Under the pieces are notes generated by a model that saw only the letters and a program-made list of their open reading frames with translations, made no database searches and was not told the DNA's origin. From the IMG/VR virus record IMGVR_UViG_3300001580_000009: a DNA stretch of 64,000 nucleotides, one strand, 5' to 3'. The DNA is from an uncultured virus (IMG/VR IMGVR_UViG_3300001580_000009) (lineage: Duplodnaviria; Heunggongvirae; Uroviricota; Caudoviricetes). Position numbers and translations under genes: made by a program. Below, one piece after another: positions 1 to 9,598 of the stretch. The first letter of the stretch is position 1, and the number at the start of each line of letters is the position of its first letter.

Positions 1-1253
1 TTTCTAAACTCATCCGATTCTTCAATGAAGTGCTTATTCTGAGATAGATAAACTGAATTGACAATTTGAGGTTCTGTTAACCAAGCACGAACTAATTTTA
101 ATGATTCAATAAACCCATGATTAACTTCATGATTTGCTATCGTTTGAATGTCATTTTCTATTTTATTTAACAATCTATCTATTTTATCAATACCTGCCTT
201 ACGATATTCTTCACTTAATAAACTAACTAAAGCATAGTCAGGATGCGACACGCGATTTACAAATGAACCACAATGATGCGCTAATGTATCCCCTTGATCA
301 CCGGTCTTGTAAGTACACAATAGATCATACCAATATTCCAATAGATCAGGTGCTTGAATAGCGTTAAACAAACTAACGGTACAACTCAAACCCATGCTAA
401 ATTGTGTATTACCATCAGATGGATAATTTACAGAATTCTGCACCATCTTAAGCATAGTGTTTAGATTATTATCAATCTTACTCCATTTAAAGGGGTAGCG
501 AATATATTCATTAACTTTCTGATAACCGTCAATTGATACGGAAATATGAACACCCTTAAATGACTTCCAGATATCAATCAATTCATCAGTCAGTCCTGTG
601 AGGTTCGTAACATAGCTTATACGAATGTTCTTACTCTTGCCTTCAGCTACGAGTAATTTCAAGAAAGTATAATGTTCTTCGCTGATAATAGGCTCACCGC
701 CAATGAAAGCGATACGTTCTACGTTAGGGAAATCTTGTACTAATTGTTTGGCCTTACCATCAGTGATACAAACTCGTTTAAACTGTCTTTGTTCTTCAGG
801 CTTGATGCGCCAAATCTTATTCCATTCTTCAGTCCAAAATTCGCTTAGATCGATGTTGCATGTAATACACTTGCTATTGCATTTTGTACTAAATGTTAGA
901 TCCAAATATCTGATATTGTTAGGATCAACGTGTTCCATCATTGGAATATTGAATTCTTCTAACCCTCTATTCCATATCATACGCATAGATCCTACTCCAG
1001 CGTTCTCTGCCTCTTTGCAGTTTTCGCATACTTTAGGCCAATCACCGTTCATTAATGACCTACGAACTTCTTTTAAGTTGTCAGCATTAATTCGGCTGCG
1101 CGGTGGAGATATTAGCATCATTTTATTGTTTGAATCTTTAACATTCTCCCAAGATGTGGTTCTAATATTACAGCAAGGAATATACTCACCGTATGAATTT
1201 ATCGACGCTGAACCAAAGGCCAACGCACAGTATATTGGTTTCTTTTCTTCCAT
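1..1253 (-). CDS. radical SAM protein with N-terminal SPASM-like Cys motif (runs off window start)
   Basis: Translated by hand from ATG at 1253 (MEEKKPIYCALAF...YIPCCN). Contains the CxxxCxxC motif (KCNSKCITC) and FIGGEP. The frame is still open at the window edge. Not in the ORF track. Confidence 0.85.
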   Translation of the reverse strand, partial: MEEKKPIYCALAFGSASINSYGEYIPCCNIRTTSWENVKDSNNKMMLISPPRSRINADNLKEVRRSLMNGDWPKVCENCKEAENAGVGSMRMIWNRGLEEFNIPMMEHVDPNNIRYLDLTFSTKCNSKCITCNIDLSEFWTEEWNKIWRIKPEEQRQFKRVCITDGKAKQLVQDFPNVERIAFIGGEPIISEEHYTFLKLLVAEGKSKNIRISYVTNLTGLTDELIDIWKSFKGVHISVSIDGYQKVNEYIRYPFKWSKIDNNLNTMLKMVQNSVNYPSDGNTQFSMGLSCTVSLFNAIQAPDLLEYWYDLLCTYKTGDQGDTLAHHCGSFVNRVSHPDYALVSLLSEEYRKAGIDKIDRLLNKIENDIQTIANHEVNHGFIESLKLVRAWLTEPQIVNSVYLSQNKHFIEESDEFR

Positions 1254-1561
1254 TATTCCCACCTCAATTTAAACACCATTAATTCTTCGTCATTTTTTAT
1301 ATACAATCGCCTCTCATAATTATCATTATGCCAGCACCAGTGTTCATTTTGACAATATACAGTGCGTATATTAATAGAATTCATTCTAGCATTATCGTAT
1401 ATCCATTCTTCTAGCTCTTTACTGGCACCCCAGGTTTGCCACATCCATTCCCTTAACTCATGAAAGCCTGGACCTTTGAGGTGGTGTAGAAGAATATAAT
1501 ATTTGAAATGACCATATCCTTTATATCGTTTGTCTACTGTTATGATTTTCATTCTTGCCAC
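1253..1561 (-). CDS. small phage protein, C-terminal F-x-L-R/K-W family
   Basis: Ends NDEELMVFKLRWE; tightly packed with neighbours. Confidence 0.7.
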   Translation of the reverse strand: MARMKIITVDKRYKGYGHFKYYILLHHLKGPGFHELREWMWQTWGASKELEEWIYDNARMNSINIRTVYCQNEHWCWHNDNYERRLYIKNDEELMVFKLRWE

Positions 1562-1794
1562 ATTTTATACATAGTTATCAATCTACTAGACCAGATAGAA
1601 ATATCTACTGTTTTACGATTGCCTACAAAATCCCAACCGTCACCTCTGTTGCCAAAGTTTCTACGACACCATTTGATCAATGTGACAGGATCACCGTTAC
1701 AACGAAAAGTTACTCTACCTGTATCGTAAGGGTTTTGAGGTGTATAATCTATACTATCAATATAGGGTGATAGTTGATCAAATACACTTGCCAT
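1549..1794 (-). CDS. small phage protein (same family, divergent)
   Basis: WCRRNFG...GW motif; ends MYKMWQE. Confidence 0.65.
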   Translation of the reverse strand: MASVFDQLSPYIDSIDYTPQNPYDTGRVTFRCNGDPVTLIKWCRRNFGNRGDGWDFVGNRKTVDISIWSSRLITMYKMWQE

Positions 1795-1795
1795 G

Positions 1796-2032
1796 TTATT
1801 GCCATTTCAATGAAAAAAGTACTGCGTCTTCTTGGTTCTTAAAGCTATATCTATATTCACCAAAAGATAGCTGATTTTTGCGATCCCAATTCCAAAAACA
1901 TGCCCAAGTACCTTGACGATTGTCTGTCACAGACCAACGCTTGCCCCAACGTTCTCTGCACCATGCTTCGGCTTCATGATGTACATGTTTTCCTATGATA
2001 ACTTCATAATCTAAATGATATGGATTACTCAT
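1796..2032 (-). CDS. small phage protein, F-x-L-K-W family
   Basis: WCRERWG motif; ends NQEDAVLFSLKWQ; start moved to the ATG overlapping the upstream stop. Confidence 0.7.
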   Translation of the reverse strand: MSNPYHLDYEVIIGKHVHHEAEAWCRERWGKRWSVTDNRQGTWACFWNWDRKNQLSFGEYRYSFKNQEDAVLFSLKWQ

Positions 2033-2274
2033 GACCACTTCAATGTGTACCAAGTTATAAACTTTTGTCTTTCTTCATCAGACGAGAAGAACACTCTGTC
2101 ACCCAAACTAGTTAAGTCAAAGTTATTATGGGCTTCTTTTATGATATGGTCTATTAACTTGTTTTCTTTTTCTGACCTATCCCAAATAGGTCTACCCGGA
2201 GACAAACAAATACAGTACTGATCCCTGTATACAGGATCGTTCAAAAATTCATATGTACGAAATTTCATGACCAC
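2029..2274 (-). CDS. small phage protein, x-L-K-W-S family
   Basis: Ends WYTLKWS. Confidence 0.65.
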   Translation of the reverse strand: MVMKFRTYEFLNDPVYRDQYCICLSPGRPIWDRSEKENKLIDHIIKEAHNNFDLTSLGDRVFFSSDEERQKFITWYTLKWS

Positions 2275-2744
2275 CTCAACATAAACAACATATAATCACG
2301 TTCATTCTTAAAGGCAGCAAAGATATAATCTCCCCCGCCTATTTCATTGATTTCCCAATCGCCCCNNTAATTTTNANNGACTCTTAAGAAATCAAACCTA
2401 TACTTGTCTTTACAATTCTTTTCACACCATTGACTTGCNACATATATTCCGTCTACGGCTATATCCCAATAGTAGATATCATGATTGTGATTTTCAAACA
2501 CATAGACATAAGGATAACCGTGAAAATAATCTTTTACTCTTGACGCTCGATAGTTATGATCAGCATCATATTGTCTCCTATAATGTTCCCAATCCACACA
2601 ACCACTATTTCTTAGTTTTTGTTTTGCTGTCCAAGTTCTCAGTAGTGCGAGGAATCGGCGGGTAATCTTTATCTTTAACAGTAGGCTTCTGCCACGAGTT
2701 TTTAGGTTCCCAGACCAAGAAGAAGGTTGTGTAGTCAATTTCAT
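2265..2744 (-). CDS. small phage protein, F-x-L-R-W-S family (true start probably internal)
   Basis: WCEKNC motif; ends NERDYMLFMLRWS; 5' part overlaps the upstream ORF. Confidence 0.6.
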   Translation of the reverse strand: MKLTTQPSSWSGNLKTRGRSLLLKIKITRRFLALLRTWTAKQKLRNSGCVDWEHYRRQYDADHNYRASRVKDYFHGYPYVYVFENHNHDIYYWDIAVDGIYXASQWCEKNCKDKYRFDFLRVXXNXXGDWEINEIGGGDYIFAAFKNERDYMLFMLRWS

Positions 2745-2919
2745 TTTCTAACCAAACGTTGAATTCGTACCCTTTAGTGTCAGTTCTAATGTTCTTACCG
2801 ATTAGGCCACCGTTTATTATCTCTCGTATTTGTTTCATGATGCCGCCTCTCGTCATGCCCGCTGCCATGCCACCTGCACCACTGGGAAGAGTGAACGATA
2901 GACACTTTTCAGTCATCAA
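2605..2919 (-). CDS. hypothetical protein
   Basis: ATGA overlap with upstream gene; internal ENEIDYTTFFLVW resembles the neighbouring family. Confidence 0.6.
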   Translation of the reverse strand: MMTEKCLSFTLPSGAGGMAAGMTRGGIMKQIREIINGGLIGKNIRTDTKGYEFNVWLENEIDYTTFFLVWEPKNSWQKPTVKDKDYPPIPRTTENLDSKTKTKK

Positions 2920-3605
2920 TAACCACCGACACGCAACAACTCTTTAACTTCACTGACAGATTCTTTTTGTCTATGAAATTTCAATGCCCACTTTTCAGGG
3001 TCAATATAATCAATAACCATCTTGACTTGCGTACTATCTAGCTTTTCCATAAACTCTATGCCACTCTGGCTTTGAAACAGCATCCATGGACTAATCTTGC
3101 CTGTCACAATACTATGGCATATTCTGTATTTGTTACCATAGCGCAATACATCTTTAGCCATTACGCCTTCTTCTTCAGCTAGGTCAATGGTGGTTTCTAT
3201 GCTACGTGCGACGGCGTCCAGAGGATCTTCTTCTCTAAGGTATTCTACTAGAAATCTAGTGTACACTGAATCAGTATTCCATTGGTCGAGTCTGATTTGA
3301 TTTTTCAGTAACCAGTCAACCATACGGCTAACATTCAGTGCTTTGACTTCTACACAATAGTTACCGAACTTTACGAACGCTGCATAGTAAGGGCTTTTGA
3401 TAAATTCAAAGTAATCACGTTTCTTTTTATTGGGTGAGTTCTTTGCGTAAAACTGCAACCAAGATTGAAACCCGATTCTATTACCAGGACGATCTTTTTC
3501 TAGATAACGTCTTTTAGGTTCGCAGACATGACTAAATAAAGTAGAGGGTTTTTTAAACTCACGGCTACAAAAATCACACTTGATAGGATCTGAAAGATGT
3601 TTCAT
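2916..3605 (-). CDS. phage protein with N-terminal zinc-finger-like motif
   Basis: CDFC...HVC near the N-terminus; 229 aa. Confidence 0.7.
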   Translation of the reverse strand: MKHLSDPIKCDFCSREFKKPSTLFSHVCEPKRRYLEKDRPGNRIGFQSWLQFYAKNSPNKKKRDYFEFIKSPYYAAFVKFGNYCVEVKALNVSRMVDWLLKNQIRLDQWNTDSVYTRFLVEYLREEDPLDAVARSIETTIDLAEEEGVMAKDVLRYGNKYRICHSIVTGKISPWMLFQSQSGIEFMEKLDSTQVKMVIDYIDPEKWALKFHRQKESVSEVKELLRVGGY

Positions 3606-4373
3606 GATAACAAATATACTACTTGGTATTATAGCATAATCGAGCGGTCATTCTCACGAAAATTGGACAATAATATCTACTATGAAGAACACCATATTAT
3701 ACCAAAATCACTAGGAGGGACCGATAATAAAAATAATTTGGCTATATTAACTGGAAGAGAACATTTTATATGCCATTGGTTGTTGACTAAGATGACTGAT
3801 GGTGTTTATTACGAAAAAATGGTTTTCGCATTATGTAATATGGAAAGAAAAAATAAACATCAAAAGAGACATTGCACAAAAATAACCAGCAGAGTTTATG
3901 AAAAATATAAAAAGGTAGCATCTAAGGTGTTAAGTAAAAAATACACAGGCTGCACTCAAACAAAAGAATCAAACTTAAAGCGAAGTTTGTCCTTAATCGG
4001 TAGAAAAAAAGGGCCAATGGGGGACGAACATCGAGAAAAAATATCAGTAGCATTAAGCAATAAGCCTAGACCTACTAGGGTAGGAGTACCTACTTCACTC
4101 AAGGGGAAAACATATACGGAAATTATGGGCGAAGACAAAGCTAACGAATTGATTAAAGCCAAGTCACAACTTTGGACAGGGAGAAAAGTATCTGAGCAAA
4201 CTAAGATCAAACAATCACTCTCTAGAAAAGGCAGGAAAACCGGCGGGGAAAATTCAAATGCGAAACCATTTACTTTTAACAATATTGAATATCCGACAAT
4301 TAAAGAAGCCATAGCTGCTTCAGGAATGTCTGAGTATAAATTCAATAAAATTTATAGAGATATCAACAAATAA
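3597..4373 (+). CDS. HNH homing endonuclease (free-standing, antisense to neighbours)
   Basis: YYEEHHIIPKSLGGTDNKNNLAILTGREHFICH motif plus NUMOD3-like repeats; TAAATA box at 3533-3538 upstream. Confidence 0.9.
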   Translation: MFHDNKYTTWYYSIIERSFSRKLDNNIYYEEHHIIPKSLGGTDNKNNLAILTGREHFICHWLLTKMTDGVYYEKMVFALCNMERKNKHQKRHCTKITSRVYEKYKKVASKVLSKKYTGCTQTKESNLKRSLSLIGRKKGPMGDEHREKISVALSNKPRPTRVGVPTSLKGKTYTEIMGEDKANELIKAKSQLWTGRKVSEQTKIKQSLSRKGRKTGGENSNAKPFTFNNIEYPTIKEAIAASGMSEYKFNKIYRDINK

Positions 4374-4375
4374 TT

Positions 4376-4969
4376 TCAGTCGCCGCTTTCTTCTTGGTAT
4401 TTTCTAATGTCGTCATCGGTAACNATTGTGTTAAGAACTTCGATTTCATCATACTTAAGATTGGGGAACTTGTTGGCTAGAAACATCTTACGCTTTTGTT
4501 GAGTAACAAACTCATCCGCAATTTCTTGTANATCNCTGTCNCCAGCTTTNGGATATACCTTCTTAAAGTATTCTTTTAGTTCTTTAGCTTTGGGNANTGT
4601 NTTTAACTTACTAACACTNGGGGTAATGTTAGGTATCCATTGATGNAACTGTTTGCCTAAACCNGGNCTAGCAGCACATAACATCAACCATTGAAGTTTG
4701 GGATGCTTTTGTACATTCTCATTGAACATATGAATGTTAGCATGATGGTTCGTACTCATCAAGTAATATCCCTGTACGCCAGGATTACTTTTTACNGTAC
4801 TCATCCANTGAAGNAGCATGAAAGAAACAAACTTCTTTTGTTGTTCNTCAGTTAGTCTATCNTAATATCCATAGTCNTTTTTGTCTAATGCTACGAGGGC
4901 ATCAAACAAATCGAAGTCTTGTTTTTCAAACTTCTCNTCTTGNGCTAGTTGAGGTTTTTTAGTTGCCAT
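4376..4969 (-). CDS. putative clamp-loader small subunit (T4 gp62-like)
   Basis: Size and pattern (KKFVSFM, KLQWLML, KQxHQWI) reminiscent of gp62 homologues; replication context; many N bases. Confidence 0.4.
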   Translation of the reverse strand: MATKKPQLXQXEKFEKQDFDLFDALVALDKXDYGYXDRLTXEQQKKFVSFMXLXWMSXVKSNPGVQGYYLMSTNHHANIHMFNENVQKHPKLQWLMLCAAXXGLGKQXHQWIPNITXSVSKLXTXPKAKELKEYFKKVYXKAXDXDXQEIADEFVTQQKRKMFLANKFPNLKYDEIEVLNTXVTDDDIRKYQEESGD

Positions 4970-5470
4970 TTAAAATGCCTGATGATAATCTACAATCTCA
5001 CAGTTTCTACTAATTTCTTTAACAAAGTAAGCACATTTNGGTTTATCGCCGTCTTCTAAGGGCACACANAAAAACTGACCATTACGTAGGCGAGGNGCAT
5101 ACCAAGTAACGTCTTGATAAATGTCTACAATTTCNATAGGCAAGAAATCAGGTCTAAAGCTACTCAATGGGTTGAACTCAAATACACTAAATCCTCTATC
5201 GTTCAGGCTACTCAGAGGTAATGTTTCTAAATCACCATGTTCTTTTTCACCGATTAGTACTTGCCAATCTACAGGCATCTTAATAGTATTATTGCCTATA
5301 CGCAAAACTAATGCTGGACTATTAAATGTTTCTAAAAAGATTAATGGGATATAATGATAGTCTACGTTTGATGGATTACTATTATCCAAAATAGCAAATC
5401 TAAGATCGTCCACTTCGTCAGGAAGGTTCTCTAAATTATATTTTGTGTTATCTAATAAAAGTATATTCAT
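4970..5470 (-). CDS. hypothetical phage protein
   Basis: 166-aa ORF in the operon downstream of uvsW. Confidence 0.7.
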   Translation of the reverse strand: MNILLLDNTKYNLENLPDEVDDLRFAILDNSNPSNVDYHYIPLIFLETFNSPALVLRIGNNTIKMPVDWQVLIGEKEHGDLETLPLSSLNDRGFSVFEFNPLSSFRPDFLPXEIVDIYQDVTWYXPRLRNGQFXCVPLEDGDKXKCAYFVKEISRNCEIVDYHQAF

Positions 5471-5496
5471 AATTATAGTTTATTATCTTTCTCTGT

Positions 5497-6291
5497 TTAA
5501 TTCAACTTATTAGGGTTTAATTTACACTTATCACCGTGAAATTGACTAAATGATGACGGGGCGATTCGTCTCCCGCACCACTTGCAATTCTTTTTATTTG
5601 CAGGGTTTCTACTATAATGTTTGTCCCCTGATACTTTTTCTAATATTTTAGGATCATGCATTGGATTGGGTATAGAGGACAATAATTCTTTTAACCGTTG
5701 ATTTTCTTTCGGGTTCTCTTGTAAAAATCTTATCCTAGAATCGCTTTGTTTCCTATTAACATCGGGATTTCTACTAGGATTTTCTGCCCCCTTCATAAAG
5801 TCACTGTGATTTTTTCTTTTAGCTGGATCATTGTTGTTATGATTAATTTTATTGGATTCTCCGATTTTAATTTTAGTAGTTTCTTTGCATGGTCGTTTAG
5901 TGTTGTGTCTAATGTCACTAATCTTTTCTCTTAACTTGCGATACTCGTCCGGTGATAAAACTACTCGTTTCATTCTAGTATTTGACCTCGTTGCCATGTT
6001 CCAATATGCGTTAAACATTGCTTTTTGAGCATCACCTCTTGTAAATAAAGTGAGTAGTTTATGGCACAGTAAATGTTCGTCTGCGGTGAGTAATACCTGA
6101 TTCCATTTTTCTAGACCAAATTCGGGGAACAAGGATCTAGGCAATATATGATGATTTTCATAATAGATAAATTCTACTGAAGACCGTTTGTGTCTTTTTC
6201 GCTTTTGAAGGATTGCGTCAGTTACTATTTTGTAGTATTGTTCTAGCGATTCGGATTCAATAAATAACCCGTTGGTTTGATAAATATTCAT
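5497..6291 (-). CDS. HNH homing endonuclease
   Basis: YYENHHILPRSL...NQVLLTADEHLLCH; C-terminal CKWC...HGDKC; start set at ATG 6291 behind GGAG. Confidence 0.88.
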   Translation of the reverse strand: MNIYQTNGLFIESESLEQYYKIVTDAILQKRKRHKRSSVEFIYYENHHILPRSLFPEFGLEKWNQVLLTADEHLLCHKLLTLFTRGDAQKAMFNAYWNMATRSNTRMKRVVLSPDEYRKLREKISDIRHNTKRPCKETTKIKIGESNKINHNNNDPAKRKNHSDFMKGAENPSRNPDVNRKQSDSRIRFLQENPKENQRLKELLSSIPNPMHDPKILEKVSGDKHYSRNPANKKNCKWCGRRIAPSSFSQFHGDKCKLNPNKLN

Positions 6292-6356
6292 GCTGGTGCT
6301 CCGTAATAGCATTAGAGTAGTTGGGGTTTCCTAGGCCCGCGAACTACACTTATTTA
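6281..6356 (+). ncRNA. endonuclease-associated structured element, copy 1 (predicted fold antisense to the HNH gene)
   Basis: TAAATA-TTCATG-CTGGTGCT ccgtaat AGCATTAG-A-GTAGTT-G-GGGTTT cct AGGCCC-GCG-AACTAC-ACT-TATTTA. The repeat is directly visible; RNA function is inferred. Confidence 0.65.
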
Positions 6357-7814
6357 TCATTTATACTCCAATTTTTCTATCGTAAAGGGATATCGGGCCT
6401 CTTTGTAGAATGACTTTCTCTGAGTGAGGTGCCGTTTAGCGAATTTACAGCTTGACGTAATATCCCATATTACAACTTCGTCCTTGTCCTTAGCCTTTCT
6501 AATACCACGCCCAATTGATTGTATAACCCGTACAAAGCTCTTTCCGGGTTCCAAAAGAACCAGATTAAAAATACGAGGGATATTAATACCCACAGCGGCC
6601 ACACCGTAAGTCGCCACAATAACCTTGTCATCACTAGTCGCAACCTCATCATATTCTTCTTTACGCTCAGTTAGTTTTGTATTACCAGATACAAACACTG
6701 CACCCGGAATTCTATTAATTAATTCTTTGCCTGCATTTACTCTATCAACAAGAATCAGTGTATTCCCGGATGATTTGATATTCAGTACAAGTTGGGCGAT
6801 CATGTCTAAACGTTTTTGATCTTCCAGCAAGTGCTTTAGTTCACTTTGATAATTTGTAAATTCTACCTTATCCTGCAATTGAACAATGTTCACATGACAT
6901 TGTGCTAGAACACCCCGATCTTGTAGTTCACTGGCAGACAACTTGCCGATCACATTACCCAATGACACGAATAATGACTGTGCATTAAACTTTTCTTTGG
7001 GGATAGTACCAGTTAGACCCCAACGAATTGGTACATGTGCAAACACACTTGTTAATAGTGTCTTCAACACTTCAGCCTTTGCCATGTGTACCTCGTCAAC
7101 CATGATACACACTACATCCTCAACAAAGTCTTGAATCGTAAATCCTTCTTTACCTGATTGTGTATCTTTCAGTAGATTGTTCAACGATTGCCAGGTACAA
7201 ATGGTATGCTTCTTACCCCACTCTTTACGCTCACCGAAGTATACACCTACGTCTAATCCTACGTTGATATAATCTTCTTCAGTTTGTGTGACAAGACTTT
7301 TGTTTGGTACGATGACTACACTTCGTCCATATTCCTGTACGCTATAACTAAGAGCAGCAGTAGTAATTGTTTTACCTGCACCTGTTGCTACCTCTTGAAT
7401 AGATTGTGGGTTCTCTAAGAAACGATTGATTACGTCTACTTGATAGTCACGCAACTCAATAGGTTCGTTTTCCTTAGGATGACCTTTAGGCCAAGTGTAT
7501 TTTGAAAATGTGTTTGGCGTGACCTTTGTGAAGTTAAACGATGTGGAATATTCCCGCAGGTCTACTAGTTCAATGTCATACCCAGCTTGATCTAGTAATG
7601 GCAATATCTCGGGTAATAGGTTGATGTATGTTGCACCACCTAAGCTAAAGTAACTTACCTTACCGTTCCATCGACCTAATCGGACACTTGGATGATATCG
7701 AGCGCCGGGCTTCTCGTACTCAAACATGCGTAGCAGGGTTTTTCTGTCAGCTAACTCCAAATTTTCGATTTTACAGTTAACTTCATCCTTAATAATTAGC
7801 GTACACTTTTTCAT
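6357..7814 (-). CDS. uvsW: UvsW-like SF2 DNA helicase
   Basis: Walker A ATGAGKT, DEVH, GLTGT, QSIGRGIR; start trimmed to MKKCTL. Confidence 0.92.
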   Translation of the reverse strand: MKKCTLIIKDEVNCKIENLELADRKTLLRMFEYEKPGARYHPSVRLGRWNGKVSYFSLGGATYINLLPEILPLLDQAGYDIELVDLREYSTSFNFTKVTPNTFSKYTWPKGHPKENEPIELRDYQVDVINRFLENPQSIQEVATGAGKTITTAALSYSVQEYGRSVVIVPNKSLVTQTEEDYINVGLDVGVYFGERKEWGKKHTICTWQSLNNLLKDTQSGKEGFTIQDFVEDVVCIMVDEVHMAKAEVLKTLLTSVFAHVPIRWGLTGTIPKEKFNAQSLFVSLGNVIGKLSASELQDRGVLAQCHVNIVQLQDKVEFTNYQSELKHLLEDQKRLDMIAQLVLNIKSSGNTLILVDRVNAGKELINRIPGAVFVSGNTKLTERKEEYDEVATSDDKVIVATYGVAAVGINIPRIFNLVLLEPGKSFVRVIQSIGRGIRKAKDKDEVVIWDITSSCKFAKRHLTQRKSFYKEARYPFTIEKLEYK

Positions 7815-7860
7815 TATAATATTATATTGTAATTGTTTAGAGAATAAAATTGTTTCGGAA

Positions 7861-7938
7861 TAAATAAAAGTGAGGATCGCGGATCTGGACAATCCCACCC
7901 TCTCTATGATTGTAAAGGAATCACAGCAATGTTATTTA
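7861..7938 (-). ncRNA. endonuclease-associated structured element, copy 2 (most divergent, compensatory changes)
   Basis: Minus strand: CTGTGATT cctttac AATCATAG-A-GAGGGT-G-GGATT gtcca GATCC-GCG-ATCCTC, between TAAATA/TATTTA boxes. Confidence 0.6.
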
Positions 7939-8480
7939 GTAGAAAGCACCCTCCTCCAGGGTTTTATGTGTATGCTTATATAAGAGAAGACGGCACTCCT
8001 TATTATATTGGTAAGGGTCAAAGAAAAAGGGCCTGGGCACTACACAAAACAACTAATCAAAAAATCAATGTACCTAATAATCCCGATAACATCGTGATTC
8101 TAGAAAGTAATCTAACCGAAGTCGGAGCATTTGCGATTGAGCGGAGATTAATCAATTGGTTCGGCCGAAAAAATATCGGCACCGGAACATTATTAAACAA
8201 AACGGAAGGTGGGGAGGGTTTGTCGGGATATAGGCTCACTGAATCTCATAAAGAAAAAATAGGTAAGAGCAACAAAGGTAAAAAGCCTGCTGAAATTACT
8301 ATTCGATTGGCTTCCGAATCCAGAACTAAATTACTAACCGGGGTACCTAGGCCTGAATGGGTCAAAGAAAAGTTAAGAAAACCCAAATACAAAGTTCAAT
8401 GTCCATATTGTAGTTCAGAAGGGGGTGTCAGCGCAATGCGACGTTGGCACTTTACTAATTGCCCTCAAGCTTTACGTTGA
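7929..8480 (+). CDS. GIY-YIG homing endonuclease
   Basis: [19 protein letters not shown]...ERRLI...N-x-TEGGEG, NUMOD3-like region, CPYC. Confidence 0.9.
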   Translation: MLFSRKHPPPGFYVYAYIREDGTPYYIGKGQRKRAWALHKTTNQKINVPNNPDNIVILESNLTEVGAFAIERRLINWFGRKNIGTGTLLNKTEGGEGLSGYRLTESHKEKIGKSNKGKKPAEITIRLASESRTKLLTGVPRPEWVKEKLRKPKYKVQCPYCSSEGGVSAMRRWHFTNCPQALR

Positions 8481-8510
8481 CTTCATCTTTAACAATTATT
8501 TTACACTGTT

Positions 8511-9521
8511 TCATTTAACCTCTACTGGATTGGAGTTTACTATTACTACGATTTTTGAATAACTCTGTACGTCTTGATTTAACGTTATTGTGATAAGAGA
8601 CCTCAATAATACGGGGTTCTTAGCCTGCGCAGGTGAAGTTATAACTGGTATGCCTTGACTCTCGCATTCTTTACAAAAATCAACAACACGTGTACGAACA
8701 TTCATTGGGCGATTTGTTAATCTATAGTTTCTAGGTTCAATACCATCTATATCTAAGTCTTTCATCCACTGGATGATATTAAACAAATCATCTACTTCTA
8801 CGAATACAACACCTGTGCCCGCAAAACGTTTAAAGGATGTATTCAATATTGAATCATGAATCTTTACACCATGTGCCGATAGTGTAAACAATGTTTTGGG
8901 GTCGTCGTTTAGTGTAATGTCTTTGATGGCATTGTCTAAAAATTCATTAGATGCCGCGATCAAGAATCTATCATTTACTTTGATAAGTGTAGGAGCCCAA
9001 TATTGTACATCTTCGTATAACTTAACCTTATTTAGTAACTCAGTAGTTACTGGGCAGAAATTAACCAAGTCATAATTTTTAGTGACTACCTTTACCCCTG
9101 CACGTAATCTGTTGGTCGTGAATGGTGCTTCGTATCTACGTGCTTTCTTATCCCACGTAAAATCACTACCATCATTCTCATACCCACACAAACTGTCAAT
9201 TACTTTTCTGTTGTAGGGACATTTAATAAAGATTGTATTGTTTTCGATTGAAATGAACGCGCCAATATATTCAGGCGCACTTTCCACGACCTGAGTTTTC
9301 CAAGGTAATGTCAGTAACTGCTCAATGTCTACCTTTTGTTTTTCAAATTGCCGATTGTACTTTCTAGCAATCTTTTCAAACAACAAAGATTGGTTAGAGG
9401 TGATCATCTTTTTCTTGTCTATCACCATAAAAATATCAGTGATAAATTTCTCGTCATACCTGCTTAGCCGGTACTTGCCACTAAGCATTAGAGTTAAAAT
9501 ATCTTCGCGGGATTTACACAT
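8511..9521 (-). CDS. hypothetical protein
   Basis: 336-aa ORF, no motif recognised. Confidence 0.7.
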   Translation of the reverse strand: MCKSREDILTLMLSGKYRLSRYDEKFITDIFMVIDKKKMITSNQSLLFEKIARKYNRQFEKQKVDIEQLLTLPWKTQVVESAPEYIGAFISIENNTIFIKCPYNRKVIDSLCGYENDGSDFTWDKKARRYEAPFTTNRLRAGVKVVTKNYDLVNFCPVTTELLNKVKLYEDVQYWAPTLIKVNDRFLIAASNEFLDNAIKDITLNDDPKTLFTLSAHGVKIHDSILNTSFKRFAGTGVVFVEVDDLFNIIQWMKDLDIDGIEPRNYRLTNRPMNVRTRVVDFCKECESQGIPVITSPAQAKNPVLLRSLITITLNQDVQSYSKIVVIVNSNPVEVK

Positions 9522-9563
9522 TTCAATATGATAACATATTTACTAGTAGCAAATAAAGGAAAA

Positions 9564-9581
9564 AGGGGACCGAAGTCCCCT
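9564..9581 (-). terminator. intrinsic terminator, C(UUCG)G hairpin
   Basis: GGGGAC-TTCG-GTCCCC then T-run after the RNA ligase. Confidence 0.8.
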
Positions 9582-9598
9582 ATTGTTTTCAGGTTAAA

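Noticed and set aside
703..1272. 189-aa plus-strand ORF
   Set aside because: Antisense shadow of the radical SAM gene.
3533..3599. Seventh copy of the element before the HNH gene at 3597
   Set aside because: It has TAAATA, GTAG...CTAC and similar spacing to the ATG, but lacks CGCGG, TCTA, CAGC and the downstream TATTTA. At best degenerate, and it lies inside another coding region.
6292..6312. ORF-track N-terminal extensions MLLRSTS (also at 35231-35251) and MLINNG... (27896-27970)
   Set aside because: These are translations of the non-coding element. The GGAG RBS points to the downstream ATG in each case.
6281..6356. Element as an HDV-like/theta, hammerhead, twister or pistol ribozyme (it contains GCGAA, a UCC loop and UAAAUA)
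   Set aside because: The strand after GCGAA pairs locally with GUAG instead of forming the nested HDV P2. There is no CUGANGA/GAAA core, and I could not build the twister or pistol pseudoknots. Self-cleavage is not excluded experimentally.
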